Translations under genes and position numbers: made by a program
The notes under the pieces: model-generated
The model's database searches: none
The model's input: the letters and a program-made list of their open reading frames with translations, nothing else
Told to the model about the DNA's origin: nothing
Shown here: positions 11,221-23,669 of the stretch, in pieces
How positions within the stretch are numbered: the stretch's first letter is position 1
Layout of the letters: the number at the start of each line of letters is the position of its first letter
Assembly: GCF_004010195.1 (NCBI RefSeq)
Contig: NC_057719.1
Location: forward strand, 9,463,112 to 9,527,111
Source: Chiloscyllium plagiosum
Taxonomy: Eukaryota
Length of the DNA: 64,000 nt
Direction of reading: 5' to 3'

Positions 11221-13050
11221 AGGAGGCTGTAGGAGATTACTCTGAGGCAAGAGGCTGCAGGAGACCACTCTGAGGCAAGAGGCAGTAGGAGACCACTCTG
11301 AGCCCTGTGTTCTCTGTCTATGCCATGATGTTTAGATTATCACTGTATTTACAGGAGGCTGTAGGAGATCACTCTGAGGCAAGAGGCAGTAGGAGACCAC
11401 TCTGAGACAAGAGGCTGCAGGAGACCACTCTGAGGCAAGAGGCAGTAGGAGACCACTCTGAGACAAGAGGCTGTAGGAGGATCACTCTGAGCCAAGAGGC
11501 AGTAGGAAACCACTGTGAGGCAAGAGGCAGTAGGAGACCACTCTGAGGCAAGAGGCTGCAGGAGACCACTCTGAGCCAAGAGGCTGTAGGAGGATCACTC
11601 TGAGCCAAGAGGCAGTAGGAAACCACTGTGAGGCAAGGGGCAGGAGGAGACCACCGTGAGGCAAGAGACTGTAGGAGATCACTCTGAGCCAAGAGGCTGC
11701 AGGAGACCACTCTGAGGCAAGGGGCAGGAGGAGACCACTCTGAGCCAGGAGGCTGCAGGAGACCACTCTGAGGCAAGGGGCAGGAGGAGACCACCGTGAG
11801 GCAAGAGACTGTAGGAGATCACTCTGAGCCAAGAGGCTGCAGGAGACCACTCTGAGGCAAGAGGCTGCAGGAGACCACTCTGAGGCAAGAGGCTGCAGGA
11901 GACCACTCTGAGGCAAGAGGCTGCAGGAGACCACTCTGAGGCAAGAGGCAGTAGGAGACCACTCTGAGGCAAGAGGCTGCAGGAGACCACTCTGAGCCAA
12001 GAGGCAGTAGGAAACCACTGTGAGGCAAGAGACCGTAGGAGACCACTCTGAGGCAAGAGACCGTAGGAGACCACTCTGAGGCAAGAGACAGTAGGAGACC
12101 ACTGTGAGGCAAGGGGCTTTAGGAGATCACTCTGAGACAGGAGGCTGTAGGGGATCACTCTGAGGCAAGAGGCTTTAGGAGATCACTCTGAGACAGGAGG
12201 CTGTAAGAGACCACTGTGAGCCAAGAGGCTGTAGGAGATCACTCTGAAGCAAGAGGCTGTAGGAGGATCACTCTGAGCCAAGAGGCAGTAGGAAACCACT
12301 CTGAGGCAAGAGACCGTAGGAGACCACTCTGAGGCAAGAGACCGTAGGAGACCACTCTGAGGCAAGAGACAGTAGGAGACCACTCTGAGGCAAGAGGCTG
12401 TAGGAGACCACTCTGAGCCAAGAGGCTGCAGGAGACCACTCTGAGCCAAGAGGCAGTAGGAGACCACTGTGAGGCAAGAGGCTGTAGGAGACAAGAGGCA
12501 GTAGGAGACCACTGTGAGGCAAGAAGAATGTACACACACACAGAGCACCAAAATGGGAAGCTGGGAAGGGAACAACAAATGATAGGATATTATGATAAGG
12601 TGAATGAATAACAGGTTGGACTATAACCTGGTGTTGTATTAATAAGAAAGGGAAGAGGGATAGCATTAACATGTTACAACAAACCTTATAACTTAGCTGC
12701 TAACTGGTTAGCCTGTCCCTAGTTGCCTTTGAGAAGGTGGTAGTTAGCTGATTTCTTGAACCTAACTCAAACATTCATATAAAAATAAACAAACAACTCC
12801 TAAACCAGAGAGGTCTTTCAGCACAAGGCTGTGGCCTAAGTGACATTTTCTACAATACTGGAATCTTCTGACATACTTGTAACAGATATTTTTAAAAATA
12901 TGCAATAGTAATTCTAACAGAATTTAATTATATTAATTGTGTTTGAATGTGGCATGTTTGTAAGGCTTTTACATTAATCACCAATCTAAGTATCTGAAAT
13001 TTATCACCCTTGACCCATTCATCTGAAACAAGCATGTTTATTGTAACAGT

Positions 13051-13130
13051 CGAGAGTGTGGTGCTGAAAAAGCACAGCCGGTCAGGCAGCATCCAAGGAG
13101 GAGGGGAACCGATGTTTTGGGCAAAAGCCC
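13051..13130 (-). mobile_element. Penelope family A mini-insert
   Basis: gtgtggtgctgaaaaagcacagc...gggcaaaagccc, flanked by ttgtaacagt / ttgtaccagt. Confidence 0.75.
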
Positions 13131-13484
13131 TTGTACCAGTTTAGTGCTTAATCATTAAGGGTATGAGAGACCCAGTCAAGAGGATTAACGAATTTAGAAA
13201 AACACTCACTTGGTATATCGTCTTTCTTTCAGAAGGACTGAAATTCCACAAAAATAGGGCAGCATCTCAGGGAGGAAATTGTAATGTTCTGTTGTTCAAT
13301 TGCTCTTTGTTGGATTGCGTTTCTTTTTGACTACTCCCCTTCTCTACCTCTCCACTTTCCTGAGATGTGGTGATCTTCAGTTTAAAACACTTCCTGTATA
13401 ATGCGAGCACAAACCTCTGGGGGTCCGGCATGACTACGGAGACATCACCTTTATCAATGAAGCTGGGGTGTTTGTTTATTTATT

Positions 13485-13795
13485 TAACAGTCACTGCCTA
13501 GGCTAGCATTTACTGCCCATCCCTAATTGCCCAGAGGGCGGTTAAGAGTCAACCACATTGCTGTGGGTCTGGAGTCACGTGTAAGCCACACCAGGTAAGG
13601 ATGGCTGTTTCCTTCCTTAAATGGAGTGAACCAGATGGGTTTTCCAAACAATCGTAAGACTGTTATTTACAGGTTTTTATTGAATTCACATTCCATCATC
13701 TGCCATGGTGGAACTCGAACCCAGGTCCCCAATATACTATCTGGGTATCTGGATTAACTGTCCAGCAATAATGCCGCCAGGCCATCTCCTTCCCT
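13485..13795 (-). mobile_element. tRNA-derived SINE (LINE family 2 partner)
   Basis: Reverse complement of the 9645-10000 family, with B box gggttcgagttcc. Confidence 0.8.
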
Positions 13796-14219
13796 TAAGC
13801 AGTTACTTAGAAACAACTAAACTTGGAGAAGAAACTGGAACACATTTTAAAATCCCTGTCACAAAATCCCTGCCTGTTTAAACACAGACACTGATGTGCC
13901 ACCTGTGTAGATCTCTGAAGTACAAAACACAGCAACTGATAACAGAGATGGAGAATAGTTTAAGTTCCCCAGCCCCAGAGCCTTTCCTTCCTTCATCATA
14001 TGATCCACCCGCACCATGGGATTGATGGATTCCAGGATTCAAGCCATGGGTATGAGTAATCTGCAGGCAGCTGTGATCCCAACAAGAGGAAGCGTCACCA
14101 TCTCATGGTAGGTGGTTGGGTAGATTTCTAGCAGCTCACAGAGGCACGTCTATGTTTCATATGGGTGTGAGTGGAGGTGGTGAGCCCTTTCTGCAAAATA
14201 CTTTACAGCAAAGAAATGC

Positions 14220-15236
14220 TTGCGTGATTTAGGGTTTTATCAGTAATGCCAGTGTAATGGATGCATCTTTTCATAGTCTGTTCTTCTTTTAAACTGTGGA
14301 CGGAAATGAGAAAGTGCTATTTTAAAAAACAATATTTCATAGGGTGGCCACAGTTTTGAAAAGAAGTAACCTGACACCCACACCGAACATTAAGCAACAA
14401 TCGTTTGAACAAGCCATAATTGTAGTTTGGGCTGTAGGCGCTTTGGAACTGCAGGTGTGTGCATTTGGAGCTTTCGCTGGCAACAAGAAGTTGATTAGTC
14501 TTTGCGCTAGTTACCAATGACAGAGTCCTTTCACATGCAAACAACAGTGCAATTGGTTCTCAGGTAACTGAACAGCTTAGAGCTAGAAACAACTAAAAGA
14601 AAAAGTTCTTCTACAGCATGGGAGCAGTCTCTCTGTTCTCTGCAGTAAAAGTTCATTGAAAAACTGAAGGAAATGAGTTTACCTTTCATGCAACTGTTCT
14701 TGTAAGATGTGACTTTTAAATGATGAGTCCACCTTGTGTCTTTTAACAACCAGTGAAAACATCTGGAGAAAAATGACTGAAGTAACATGCTGGCCAGCAG
14801 AACAATCATAAAGATCATCTCAAAAAAAGAACATGGGAATGAAGATGAGTGAACAATGTTTGTAGTTTTTCCCTTTGTCCATAATCTATTTTCACCCTGT
14901 CTGTTTATCTGTGTGTGTGTGTGCGTGTGTGTGTGTGCGCGCGCGCGCATACGCGCACATTAGGGAGAGCTTATAAGGGCATGAGAGTTTTAATTAGAAG
15001 CGTTATATATTGATAGCTTATGACAGCTTTCTTTTTCTGGAGCTAGATTCTATTTACTTGCAATAAACAGTAATTTTTGTTCAATACAGAAACCTGGCCT
15101 GTGCTACTATCGATCTGGACTTGAAAGTCAAGTAATTTAAGGAATTTTGCATACATTATAAAATCTTTAACTTTTATAACAACTCTGAGAATAGTGGGAA
15201 TTGATTTCGAGGGTACTACCCCAGTGAGTCACAACA
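14220..15236 (+). mobile_element. Possible solo LTR-like element
   Basis: AATAAA near 15062, terminal ...cacaaca, and a general LTR-like layout. No TSD confirmed. Confidence 0.25.
14910..14959. repeat. (TG)n(CG)n alternating purine-pyrimidine microsatellite
   Basis: tgtgtgtgtgtgtgcgtgtgtgtgtgtgcgcgcgcgcgcatacgcgcaca. Confidence 0.95.
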
Positions 15237-17632
15237 CCTGTAAACCGAATCACGTCAAATGCCTTCAAAGATGTGCCCAAATTTTGGAGGTACCCTTTGC
15301 TTCTATTCACCATCTGGACATTTTGATTGGCATGGACCAGGTTGGACCAAAGGGCCTGTCCCTGTGCTGATAATGAAAAAAAAAATCCAGTTCAAGGGAA
15401 AAAAGTATAAATTGTGTTTAAATTGGAATCATTTTACAAATGTGTTTAGGTAGAGATAGTCTGAGAGTGAGATATGTGTACACCATCGCAGATAATAAAG
15501 CACATTTTTTTCAAGACTGGTTGAGATAGAGAACATTTGAACATTGATTTCCATTGATGTTGGTACATAAGCAACGATGGTGAGTGACAAACTCTACTAT
15601 TGTTATGCTTTGCAAAGTTCTCACTCCTGCAACGGACACTCTTCAGGGTTATGATGACTTGATTATTTCAGTTTTGGGAATGTTCACATTTCCAGTTTAC
15701 TACAAAAGCGTCTCCCTAGACAGGCTCATGTTCTGTATAAGCGGGGACAGAAGTCTTCTGAAGGTAAACCTTTTTGTTAAACTTGAAGACCCCACTAGAG
15801 CTCAAGGTGATGTGAACAATTACAAGGGCTGTAAGTAGCAGTACCCTTTCTTATGGAGTGAATGTGGGGTACTTACATGTTTCTCACATTACACATCAAT
15901 TCCACCAGTTTGTCAACCTGTTAGACAGCTATCATTTGCCATCTGTGCCAAGGTGTGAAATGACTTGAAGCAGGTCAGATTGTTGAACAAATCAATTCAA
16001 AGCATGGATGTCAAGATTAGCCACAGCATGAGGCACAAATAGCAAATGTGTCATCCTTAAGGTGGTCAACAATGAGATAAACCGAGACAAGAGTCTGCTT
16101 CCTACGATTCAAAAACCATCTGCATCATCTCATGACTCTACAGTTTTCAGAAAGATCGATAAATGATGGAGCTACCACTAACAGAGCAAAGCCAGTAACA
16201 TAAAGATGTATTAATGAAATAGCACCAGGTTATCCATCTTAAATACCCACCCAGGCAAGCACCTTACTGGAAAAAATAAACAATTACATTCTATGACAGT
16301 TGTGCTTGTTCATGGAGAATTTTACATTTGTTATTGTGCAAAAGTATTTTTTTTACATAATTGAAAACAAGTCAGTACAATTTCAGATACATTTTGAGTG
16401 TAACTTCCTGATTGCACTCAAAGCTGAAGATTGATCTTTTAGTAGTTATGTCAACATACCATAAGAAAAATTCTGTGAAATTACAATAATGGAAATGTCA
16501 GCCTGATGCTATTGTTGAGTCCGAAAGGCCTGAGGTTCTCTAATTGTATTCTGCGGCTTTTTCCCAATGTCATTTAATCTTTACCCTTTGCAATTATCTC
16601 ATAAATTGCCCGTATAACAACATTGATTGTGCTTTGAAAGTAGTTCAATGTTAGTGAAGTGCTCTGGGATACTTCATCTGTAGTGGGTGTGCTATACAAA
16701 TGCATGTTCTTTCCTTGTACATGTTAAATGACAGCCTGAACAGTCACTTGGAGCAACACACTCCATAACCTGCTTCTTGTCAATAAATTCCTCATAAATA
16801 AGACTGAAAAAAAAAGCAGCATGTTACCAAAGCTTTTTATCTCACACTCATCAGGACAAATGCAAGAATGCCAAATTTCAACTGATCACAACAATTTGAA
16901 CAATAAGAGAAAAGGGTGCTGAATGGTTAGCAAGTTGAATCTGATGTTTTGCGTCTGCTTTAAAATTTAGACAAAATCTGGTCATTAATTGTCACTCCAT
17001 AATACCTCTTTTTATGCATTAAAAAAGATGCATTGTGTGGAATTTTTTTATCCATATGTATACAATCTGTATATTTCATGAAACGAAACAAGTGTCATGG
17101 AGGCTGCCAATTTCTGCGGCATTCCCATGGCAACACCCTGACCAATCAGAGTGTACTTGCCTTGTCAGAGAACAACGATTAACATTTAACTGTTCTTGCT
17201 GCCTGATCCCGGCCAACCAGCACCCTGTATAAAGTGGTGTTTATTTTCTCAAGTCTGCTTCTTATATCCTGGACCTGATGAACTGATGATAAAAAGACTT
17301 TAACTTCCGCTCTCCATTTAGTGATGTTTAACTTCTGTACCCTCAAACAATTTATAAGCACTTCCAATAGATCATCATTTTATCTTTACTACTTTCCAAG
17401 TCTCTCATCCTGTTTCCACCTTAGTGAATCAATGCTGCATCATGTCTGTGGCCCACTACTCTCTCTGTGATGGTATGGCCAAATGTCCCAGTAATGATGC
17501 TTGTTTGAAGGGCTGGTGCAGGTGTGATGGGCTGAATAGCTTCCTTTTGTTCCTTGTTTGTACACTTGTGTATCAACTGTCATAAACTGCTCATCTGAAA
17601 GTCAGTACTAGATGAGCTGAAATGTCCTTCTA

Positions 17633-17920
17633 TATGGGTGACACAGTGGCTCAGTAGTTAGCACAGCTGCCTCACAATACTGGGGACCCAGGTTTGATTC
17701 CAGCCTCATGCAACTGTCTGTGTGGAGTTTGTGCATTCTCCCTGTGCCTGCGTGGGTTTCCTCCAAGTGCTCTGGTTTCCTTCCACAGTCCAAAGGTGTA
17801 CATGTTGGGTGGGTTGGCCATGCTAAATTGTCCAGGGATGTGCAGGTTAGGTGGATTAGCCATGGGAAATGCAGGGTTATAGAGATAGGTTGAATGGCCT
17901 CCTTCCACTCTGTGGGGATT
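17633..17920 (+). mobile_element. HE1-type SINE
   Basis: tRNA head (gtggctcagtagttagcacagctgcctcac...ggtttgattcc) and V-domain tgtgtggagtttgtgcattctccctgtgcctgcgtgggtttcctcc. Confidence 0.9.
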
Positions 17921-18540
17921 CTTAAAGACCAGGAAGACGAAAGCTATTGTTTATGGTCATCACTCCGAACTTCACCCACTACCAAATCCATCCATCTCAC
18001 TAACAACAGTTTGGGGTCAAGGCAGTCTGCTTGCAGATTTGATGTTATATTTGACCTCAAGATGAACTCCCATTCTCATATTTGTGCCACCTCCAAATCT
18101 GTTTCATTTCGACTTCCATGATTGTGCTCCGGCCTCTGCTCATCTGCTGCTGAAACTCTCAGTCAAGCCTTTACCAACTCTAGACTCGACAATTCCACAT
18201 GCTGGCTGATCTCCAATATTCTACCTTCTGTGAGCACAAGGTGACCTGGACCTTTGCTGCTAATGTCTTATCTTGCAGCAATTGCCAGTCCCCTGTGCTG
18301 CCTGAACCAAGCTGGCTCCCAACCAAGCAACTCCTTGGCTTTAAAATGCTCACCCCTGTTTACAAATCCTTCTGTGACCTCATTCACACCCCAAATCTTG
18401 ACAATCTTCTCCCCCAGAGGCATCTGAGATAATTGCCCTCAACTAATTCTGGCTGCAAGAGTCTCTCTGACTTTAATTGGTCCACCATTGCTGTTATTAG
18501 AAAACCATTGTTATCAGACTTATAAACATGCTCCTCAATT

Positions 18541-18888
18541 TCTTTTTACTCATTCCTGGGATGCGGACATCATTGGCTAGGCCAGCATTTATTGCCCATC
18601 TATAATTGCCCAGAGGATAGTTGAAAATGAACTACATTGCTGTGGGTCTGGAGTCACATGTAAGCCAGACCAAGGAAGCATGGCAGATTCCTTCTCTAAA
18701 GGAGATCAGTGAACCAGGTGGGTTTGTCCGACAAAAGATTCATGGTCATCATTGGACTCTTAATTCAAGACTTTCAACTGAATTCAAATTCTACCATGGC
18801 AGGATTCAAACCCAGGCCCCCGAACGTATCCTGGCTCTCTGGATTAACCGTCCAGCGATAATATCACGAGGCCATTGGCTCCCCTATT
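18541..18888 (-). mobile_element. tRNA-derived SINE (LINE family 2 partner)
   Basis: gccagcatttattgcccatc...ggattcaaacccagg. Confidence 0.85.
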
Positions 18889-18889
18889 A

Positions 18890-19056
18890 GAGATGATGTT
18901 TCTCTGCACCTTCTCTGTAGGTGTAACACTATATTCTGCATTTTGTTCTATTACCCGGACATACTTCTGTAAGGTATGATTTGTCTGTATAGCATGCAAA
19001 ACAACTTTTCACTGCACTTCGATACATGTGACAATAATAAATCACTTCAAATCAAA
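18890..19056 (+). mobile_element. Rex1/Babar-like LINE 3' UTR
   Basis: ttttcactgcacttcgatacatgtgacaataataaatca...aatcaaa; homologous to 43203-43380 on the opposite strand. Confidence 0.65.
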
Positions 19057-20067
19057 CCACTGGATGCCATGTGTCCAGTGAGCCTAACCCCGAAGTCTGA
19101 AGCTCTTTCCATTTAGTTCTGCGCCTCACTATCACTTTCATCCTTTGAGTCTCTCCTTCAAATCTACCTTGGCATCTCAGCCAATATGCCTTGCTGTGTG
19201 TTTTATTAAGTTTCCTTCCATAGAGTACCTTGGGACACTTTGTTACAGTTAAGGTGCTATGAAGTTATAAGGTGTCACCAGTATTAATTCTAAACTTTTT
19301 CCAGTTCAAACATGACTGAAATGTTAACTCTGTTCAGATACCAACCCAGACACTAAATGTTTCCCAGTTGTTTCTTCTTCCGTTCACTTATGCTGCAATT
19401 TATTCCAGAATTCACATTGTTGTATGGCAGAGGATTTACAAAATGCGGTGCACAGGTTCAAGATGCTGTAAAAGCAGCTGCTATGTACATCTGAGCCCTC
19501 AGACTGGAATCCCATTTGACATGGTATTCCACATGTATTACGACATGTCTTCAATTTATCACTGCTGTGTTTGATGGGGAGTCTCTCTGGTGCACAGCTG
19601 ACAACAACAGCACATTGGGATTAAGCAAGAAGTTACCTCAGTCATGTTTGACTAGCAGATTGCACTTACTCCCATTTCAGCTTGGTTATTTTTACCTGAA
19701 GACTGAGTGGGTGGAATGAATACCCTTCACCTTTTCTCATCCTACATCAACGTTGTAACCAGCAGCACAGGCTCAAGGCCATATGATTCGAGATCTATGC
19801 TTTGCTCGAAAAGGGTTTAAATTGAACATATTCCCAAACCCTCCAAAGGCTTTGTAACAGGGCAGGCAGATGCACATAATATATGCCAGAAATACGAGTT
19901 AACAACAAAAGCTTTCATTTACATAGCATTCAATGTAGTAACACTTCCCAATGCACTACTGGACCAGAGATTGACAATGAGCCATGTAAGAAATATGAGC
20001 TGGCCAAAAGTTTCATCAAAGGTGCATGTTGAAAGGGGCATCTTCAACCTGAATAGGGAGGTAGCAA

Positions 20068-20565
20068 AGTCATAGAGTCAGAGAGTTGGACAACGTGGAA
20101 ACAGACCCTTCAATCCAACACGTTCATGCCAATCAGGCATCCTAAATTGATCTAGTCCCATTAGCCAGCACTTGGCTCATATTCCTCTCAACTCTTCCAA
20201 TTCATGTACCCATCCAGATGTCTTTTAAATGTTGCAATTGTGCCAGCCTCCACGACTTCCTCTGGCAGCTCATCCCATACACGCACCACCCTCTGTGTGA
20301 AAAGATTGCCCCTTAGGTCCCTTTTATATCTTTTGCCTCTCACCCGAAACCAATGCCCTCCAGTTCTGGACTCCCTCACTTCAGAGAAAAGACTTTGTCT
20401 ATTTATCCTATCCATACCCCTCATGATTTTATAAACCTCTATAAGGTCACCCCTCAGCCTCCAACGCTCCAGGGAAAACAGCCCCAGCCTGTTCAGTCTC
20501 TCCCTGTAGCTCAAACCCTTCAAACCCTGGCAACATCCTTGTAAATCTTTTCTGAACCCTTTTAA
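20068..20565 (-). mobile_element. HER1-like CR1 LINE 3' fragment nested in an old L2 remnant (about 19910-20900)
   Basis: ORF 20188-20661: LSYRERLNRLGLFSLERWRLRGDLIEVYKIMRG...FTQRVVRVWDELPEEVV. Confidence 0.9.
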
Positions 20566-21164
20566 GTCGGCTGGTTGAGGGAGGAAAGCCCAACACTTAG
20601 TGCACATGCAGCGAATGAAATGGTCTCCAAGTGAGGAATGATTAAAATGGGAGATGCACAATAGACCCTGAATCAGAGGTCACAGAGATCTCAGAAGGTA
20701 GTTAGTGTGATGGGTGACTGAAATAAAGTGGGATGAAGCCATGAAATGATTGGAAATAAAGATAATGATTTAAAAATTTCAGGCTTTGCTGGACTAGAAG
20801 CTAATGTAACTGTGTGAACAGGATTTGAAATGAGTGAGGATAAGGGCAGAGTTTTGGATAAGCTCAAATTCCCATGGTGTTCAATGCTAGAAATATCAAT
20901 AAATGTACAATCCCATGATGGACTGTGGATTAAGTTAAAGAGAGTTGAAAAATAGAGACCAGAAATTATGCTTGTCACATTCTGTTTCCAATCCATGTTC
21001 CGTGTTAAGATTCATTAAAAGAGAAGTCAATTGCAATTGCAATAAATAAGTTACAATAAAAAATTATGAATGGCATCATGAATTCCTACTTCACCTGTTC
21101 CTGGAAAGGTTAGAAAAGAAAGATACTGTGAACTGACATATTCAAAGGAAATACTACACTAGCT

Positions 21165-21285
21165 ATTTCTGAAGAAGAGCCAGAAGACTTGAAATGTTTT
21201 CTCTCCACAGATGTTGTGAGATCTGCTGAGTTTCTACAGCAAATCTTGTTCAGACTTCCAACATCCGCAGGCTTTTATTTTACAT
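21165..21285 (+). mobile_element. Penelope terminal-repeat remnant with a degenerate hammerhead
   Basis: ttctgaagaagagccagaagacttgaaatgtt followed by ctctccacagatgttgtgagatctgctgag. Confidence 0.55.
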
Positions 21286-22076
21286 ATCCCTGTTTCTAAC
21301 GTTTATTTAGTGTACCTCTAGGTCTACAGATCAGCAATTATTAATCACAACACAGATAGACAATAGACAATAAACAATAGGTGCAGCAGTAGGCCATTCT
21401 GCCCTTTGAGCCTGCACCACCATTCATTATGATCATGGCTGATCATCCTTAATCAGTATCCTGTTCCTGCCTTATCTCCATAACCCTTGATTCCACTATC
21501 TTTGAGAGCTCTATCCAACTCTTTCTTAAATGAATCCAGAGACTGGGCCTCCACTGCCCTCTGGGGCAGAGTATTCCACACAGCCACCACTCTCTGGGTG
21601 AAGAAGTTTCTCCTCATCTCTGTCCTAAATGGTCTACCCCGTATTTTTAAGCTGCGTCCTCTGGTTCGGCACTCACCCATCAGCGGAAACATGTTTCCTA
21701 CTGCCAGAGTGTCCAATCCTATAATAATCTTNNNNNNNNNNNNNNNNNNNNNNNNNNNNNNNNNNNNNNNNNNNNNNNNNNNNNNNNNNNNNNNNNNNNN
21801 NNNNNNNNNNNNNNNNNNNNNNNNNNNNNNNNNNNNNNNNNNNNNNNNNNNNNNNNNNNNNNNNNNNNNNNNNNNNNNNNNNNNNNNNNNNNNNNNNNNN
21901 NNNNNNNNNNNNNNNNNNNNNNNNNNNNNNNNNNNNNNNNNNNNNNNNNNNNNNNNNNNNNNNNNNNNNNNNNNNNNNNNNNNNNNNNNNNNNNNNNNNN
22001 NNNNNNNNNNNNNNNNNNNNNNNNNNNNNNNNNNNNNNNNNNNNNNNNNNNNNNNNNNNNNNNNNNNNNNNNNNNN

Positions 22077-22533
22077 CATCAGCAAATTTGCTAATGTTAC
22101 TATTAATACCATCTTCTATATCATTAATATATATTGTAAAAAGCCGCGGTCCCAGCACTGATCCCTGCGGTACCCCAGTGGTCACTGCCTGCCATTCCGC
22201 AATGGAGCCATTTATCACTACTCTTTGTTTCCTGTCAGTCAACCAACTTTCAATCCAAGTTAGTACTTTGCCCCCAATACCATGCGCCCTAATTTTGTTC
22301 ACTAACCTCCTATGTGGGACTTTATCAAAAGCTTTCTGAAAGTCCAGGTACACTTCATCTACTGGATCTCCGTAGTCCATCATCAGAGTTACATCCTCAA
22401 AAAATTCCAGAAGTTTAGTCAAGCATGATTTCCCCTTCATAAATCCATGCTGACTCTGACCTATCCTGTTACTACTATCCAGATGTGTCGTAATTTCAGC
22501 CTTTATAATTGACTCCAACATCTTTCCCACCAC
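22077..22533 (-). pseudogene. CR1 ORF2 reverse-transcriptase core (fragment)
   Basis: Open frame with canonical non-LTR RT motifs; disrupted upstream and runs into the N gap. Confidence 0.9.
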
Positions 22534-22837
22534 TGAGGTCAGACTAACTGGTCTATAATTTCCTGCTTTCTCCCGAATCTATCAAACTCTGGAAAATAAT
22601 CACCAACGCATCCACAATTTCTCGAGCCACCTCCTTCAGTACCCTGTGGTGTAGACCATCAGGCCCCGGGGACTTATCAACCTTCAGACCTAACAGTCTC
22701 TCCAACACCAATTCCTGGCAAATATAAATTCCCTTAAGTTCAGGTCCTTCAGCCACTGTTACCTCAGGGAGATTGCTTGTGTCTTCCCCAGTGAACACAG
22801 ATCTGAAGTACCAATTCAATTCTTCTGCCTTTTTTTT

Positions 22838-23156
22838 AGATTAGATTAGATTACTTACAGTATGGAAACAGGCCCTTCGGCCCAACAAGTCCACACCGAC
22901 CCACCGAAGCGAACTCCACCCAGACCCATTCCCCTGTATTTACTCCTGCACCTAACCCTATGGGCAATTTAGCGTGGCCAATTCACCTAACCTGCACATT
23001 TTTGGACTGTGGGAGGAAACCGGAGCACCCGGAGGAAACCCACGCAGACACGGGGAGAATGTGCAAACTCCACACAGTCAGTCGCCTGAGGCGGGAATTG
23101 AACCCGGGTCTCTGGCGCTGTGAGGCAGCAGTGCTAACCACTGTGCCACCGTGCCG
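22838..23156 (-). mobile_element. Full-length HE1-type SINE inserted into CR1 ORF2
   Basis: ggcacggtggcacagtggttagcactgctgcctcacagcgccagagacccgggttcaattccc...(aatct)n tail. Interrupts the NKEM/AEELN codons of the CR1. Confidence 0.95.
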
Positions 23157-23669
23157 CCCATTTCTTTGTTCCCCGTAATATATTCCCCTGTTTCTGTCTT
23201 CAAGGGCCCAATTTTAGTCTTAACCATTTTTTTGCCTTTCACATACCTAAAAAAGCTTTTACTATCCTCCTTTATATTTTTGGCCAGTTTACCTTCGTAC
23301 CTCATTTTCTCTCTGCGTATTTCCTTCTTAGTAATCCTCTGTTGTTTTTTAAAAGCTTCCTAGTCCTCCATTTTCCCACTAATCTTTGCTATGTTATACT
23401 TTTTCCCTTTTAACTTTATATGTTTCTTAACTTCCCTCGTCAGCCACGGCCACCCATGCCTCCTCCTAGGATCTTTCTTCCTTTTTGGATGCTAAAGTTA
23501 CCTTCTCTGTGAGGAAATTCTCCATAATGTGCAATATGTAAACAACTTGTCCAGATGTAGAAGTCTTATTTATTTAATTCATACTTTACAGACTTCAATA
23601 ATTTCAAATCATAACTCTGTTTCCACTTCTTTCAGACAATAAATGCTGGTAATGGCTCCTCTGCTGATT

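Larger units (their letters stand above)
10722..12523. repeat. 28-bp minisatellite (GAGGCAAGAGGCTGTAGGAGACCACTCT), roughly 50 variant units, interrupted by a PLE insert
   Basis: Direct tandem copies with point variants and occasional 29-bp units; no unique spacers. Confidence 0.97.
17980..19270 (+). mobile_element. Degenerate L2 LINE 3' fragment interrupted by Rex1 and SINE inserts
   Basis: Remnants DVIFD..M...HI and AAETL..AFT.SRLD. L2-type tail gtaccttgggac...aaggtgctat at about 19225-19260. Confidence 0.7.
21355..23490 (-). mobile_element. Relatively young 5'-truncated CR1 LINE with ORF2 reverse transcriptase; N gap at 21732-22076; split by an HE1 SINE
   Basis: RT motifs KSPGPDG, QHGFMKGKSCLT, YLDFQKAFDKVPH, GVPQGSVLGP and SKFAD. 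C-terminus RTRGRSLKI..FFTQRVV; (ctattgt)n tail. Confidence 0.95.

Noticed and set aside
10722..12523. CRISPR array (28-bp repeats)
   Set aside because: The units are contiguous with no unique spacers, there are no cas genes, and the context is vertebrate.
11349..12672. Long minus-strand ORFs with 28-aa periodicity, the same period as C2H2 zinc fingers
   Set aside because: The period is three 28-bp units cycling through the frames. There is no CxxC/HxxxH pattern, and all frames give the same peptide.
21453..22161. ORFs of more than 200 aa
   Set aside because: Their length is inflated by the N gap; the real parts are CR1 sequence or its antisense.
23085..23156. tRNA gene
   Set aside because: This is the tRNA-derived head of an HE1 SINE and continues into the SINE body. 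The same applies to the other copies.
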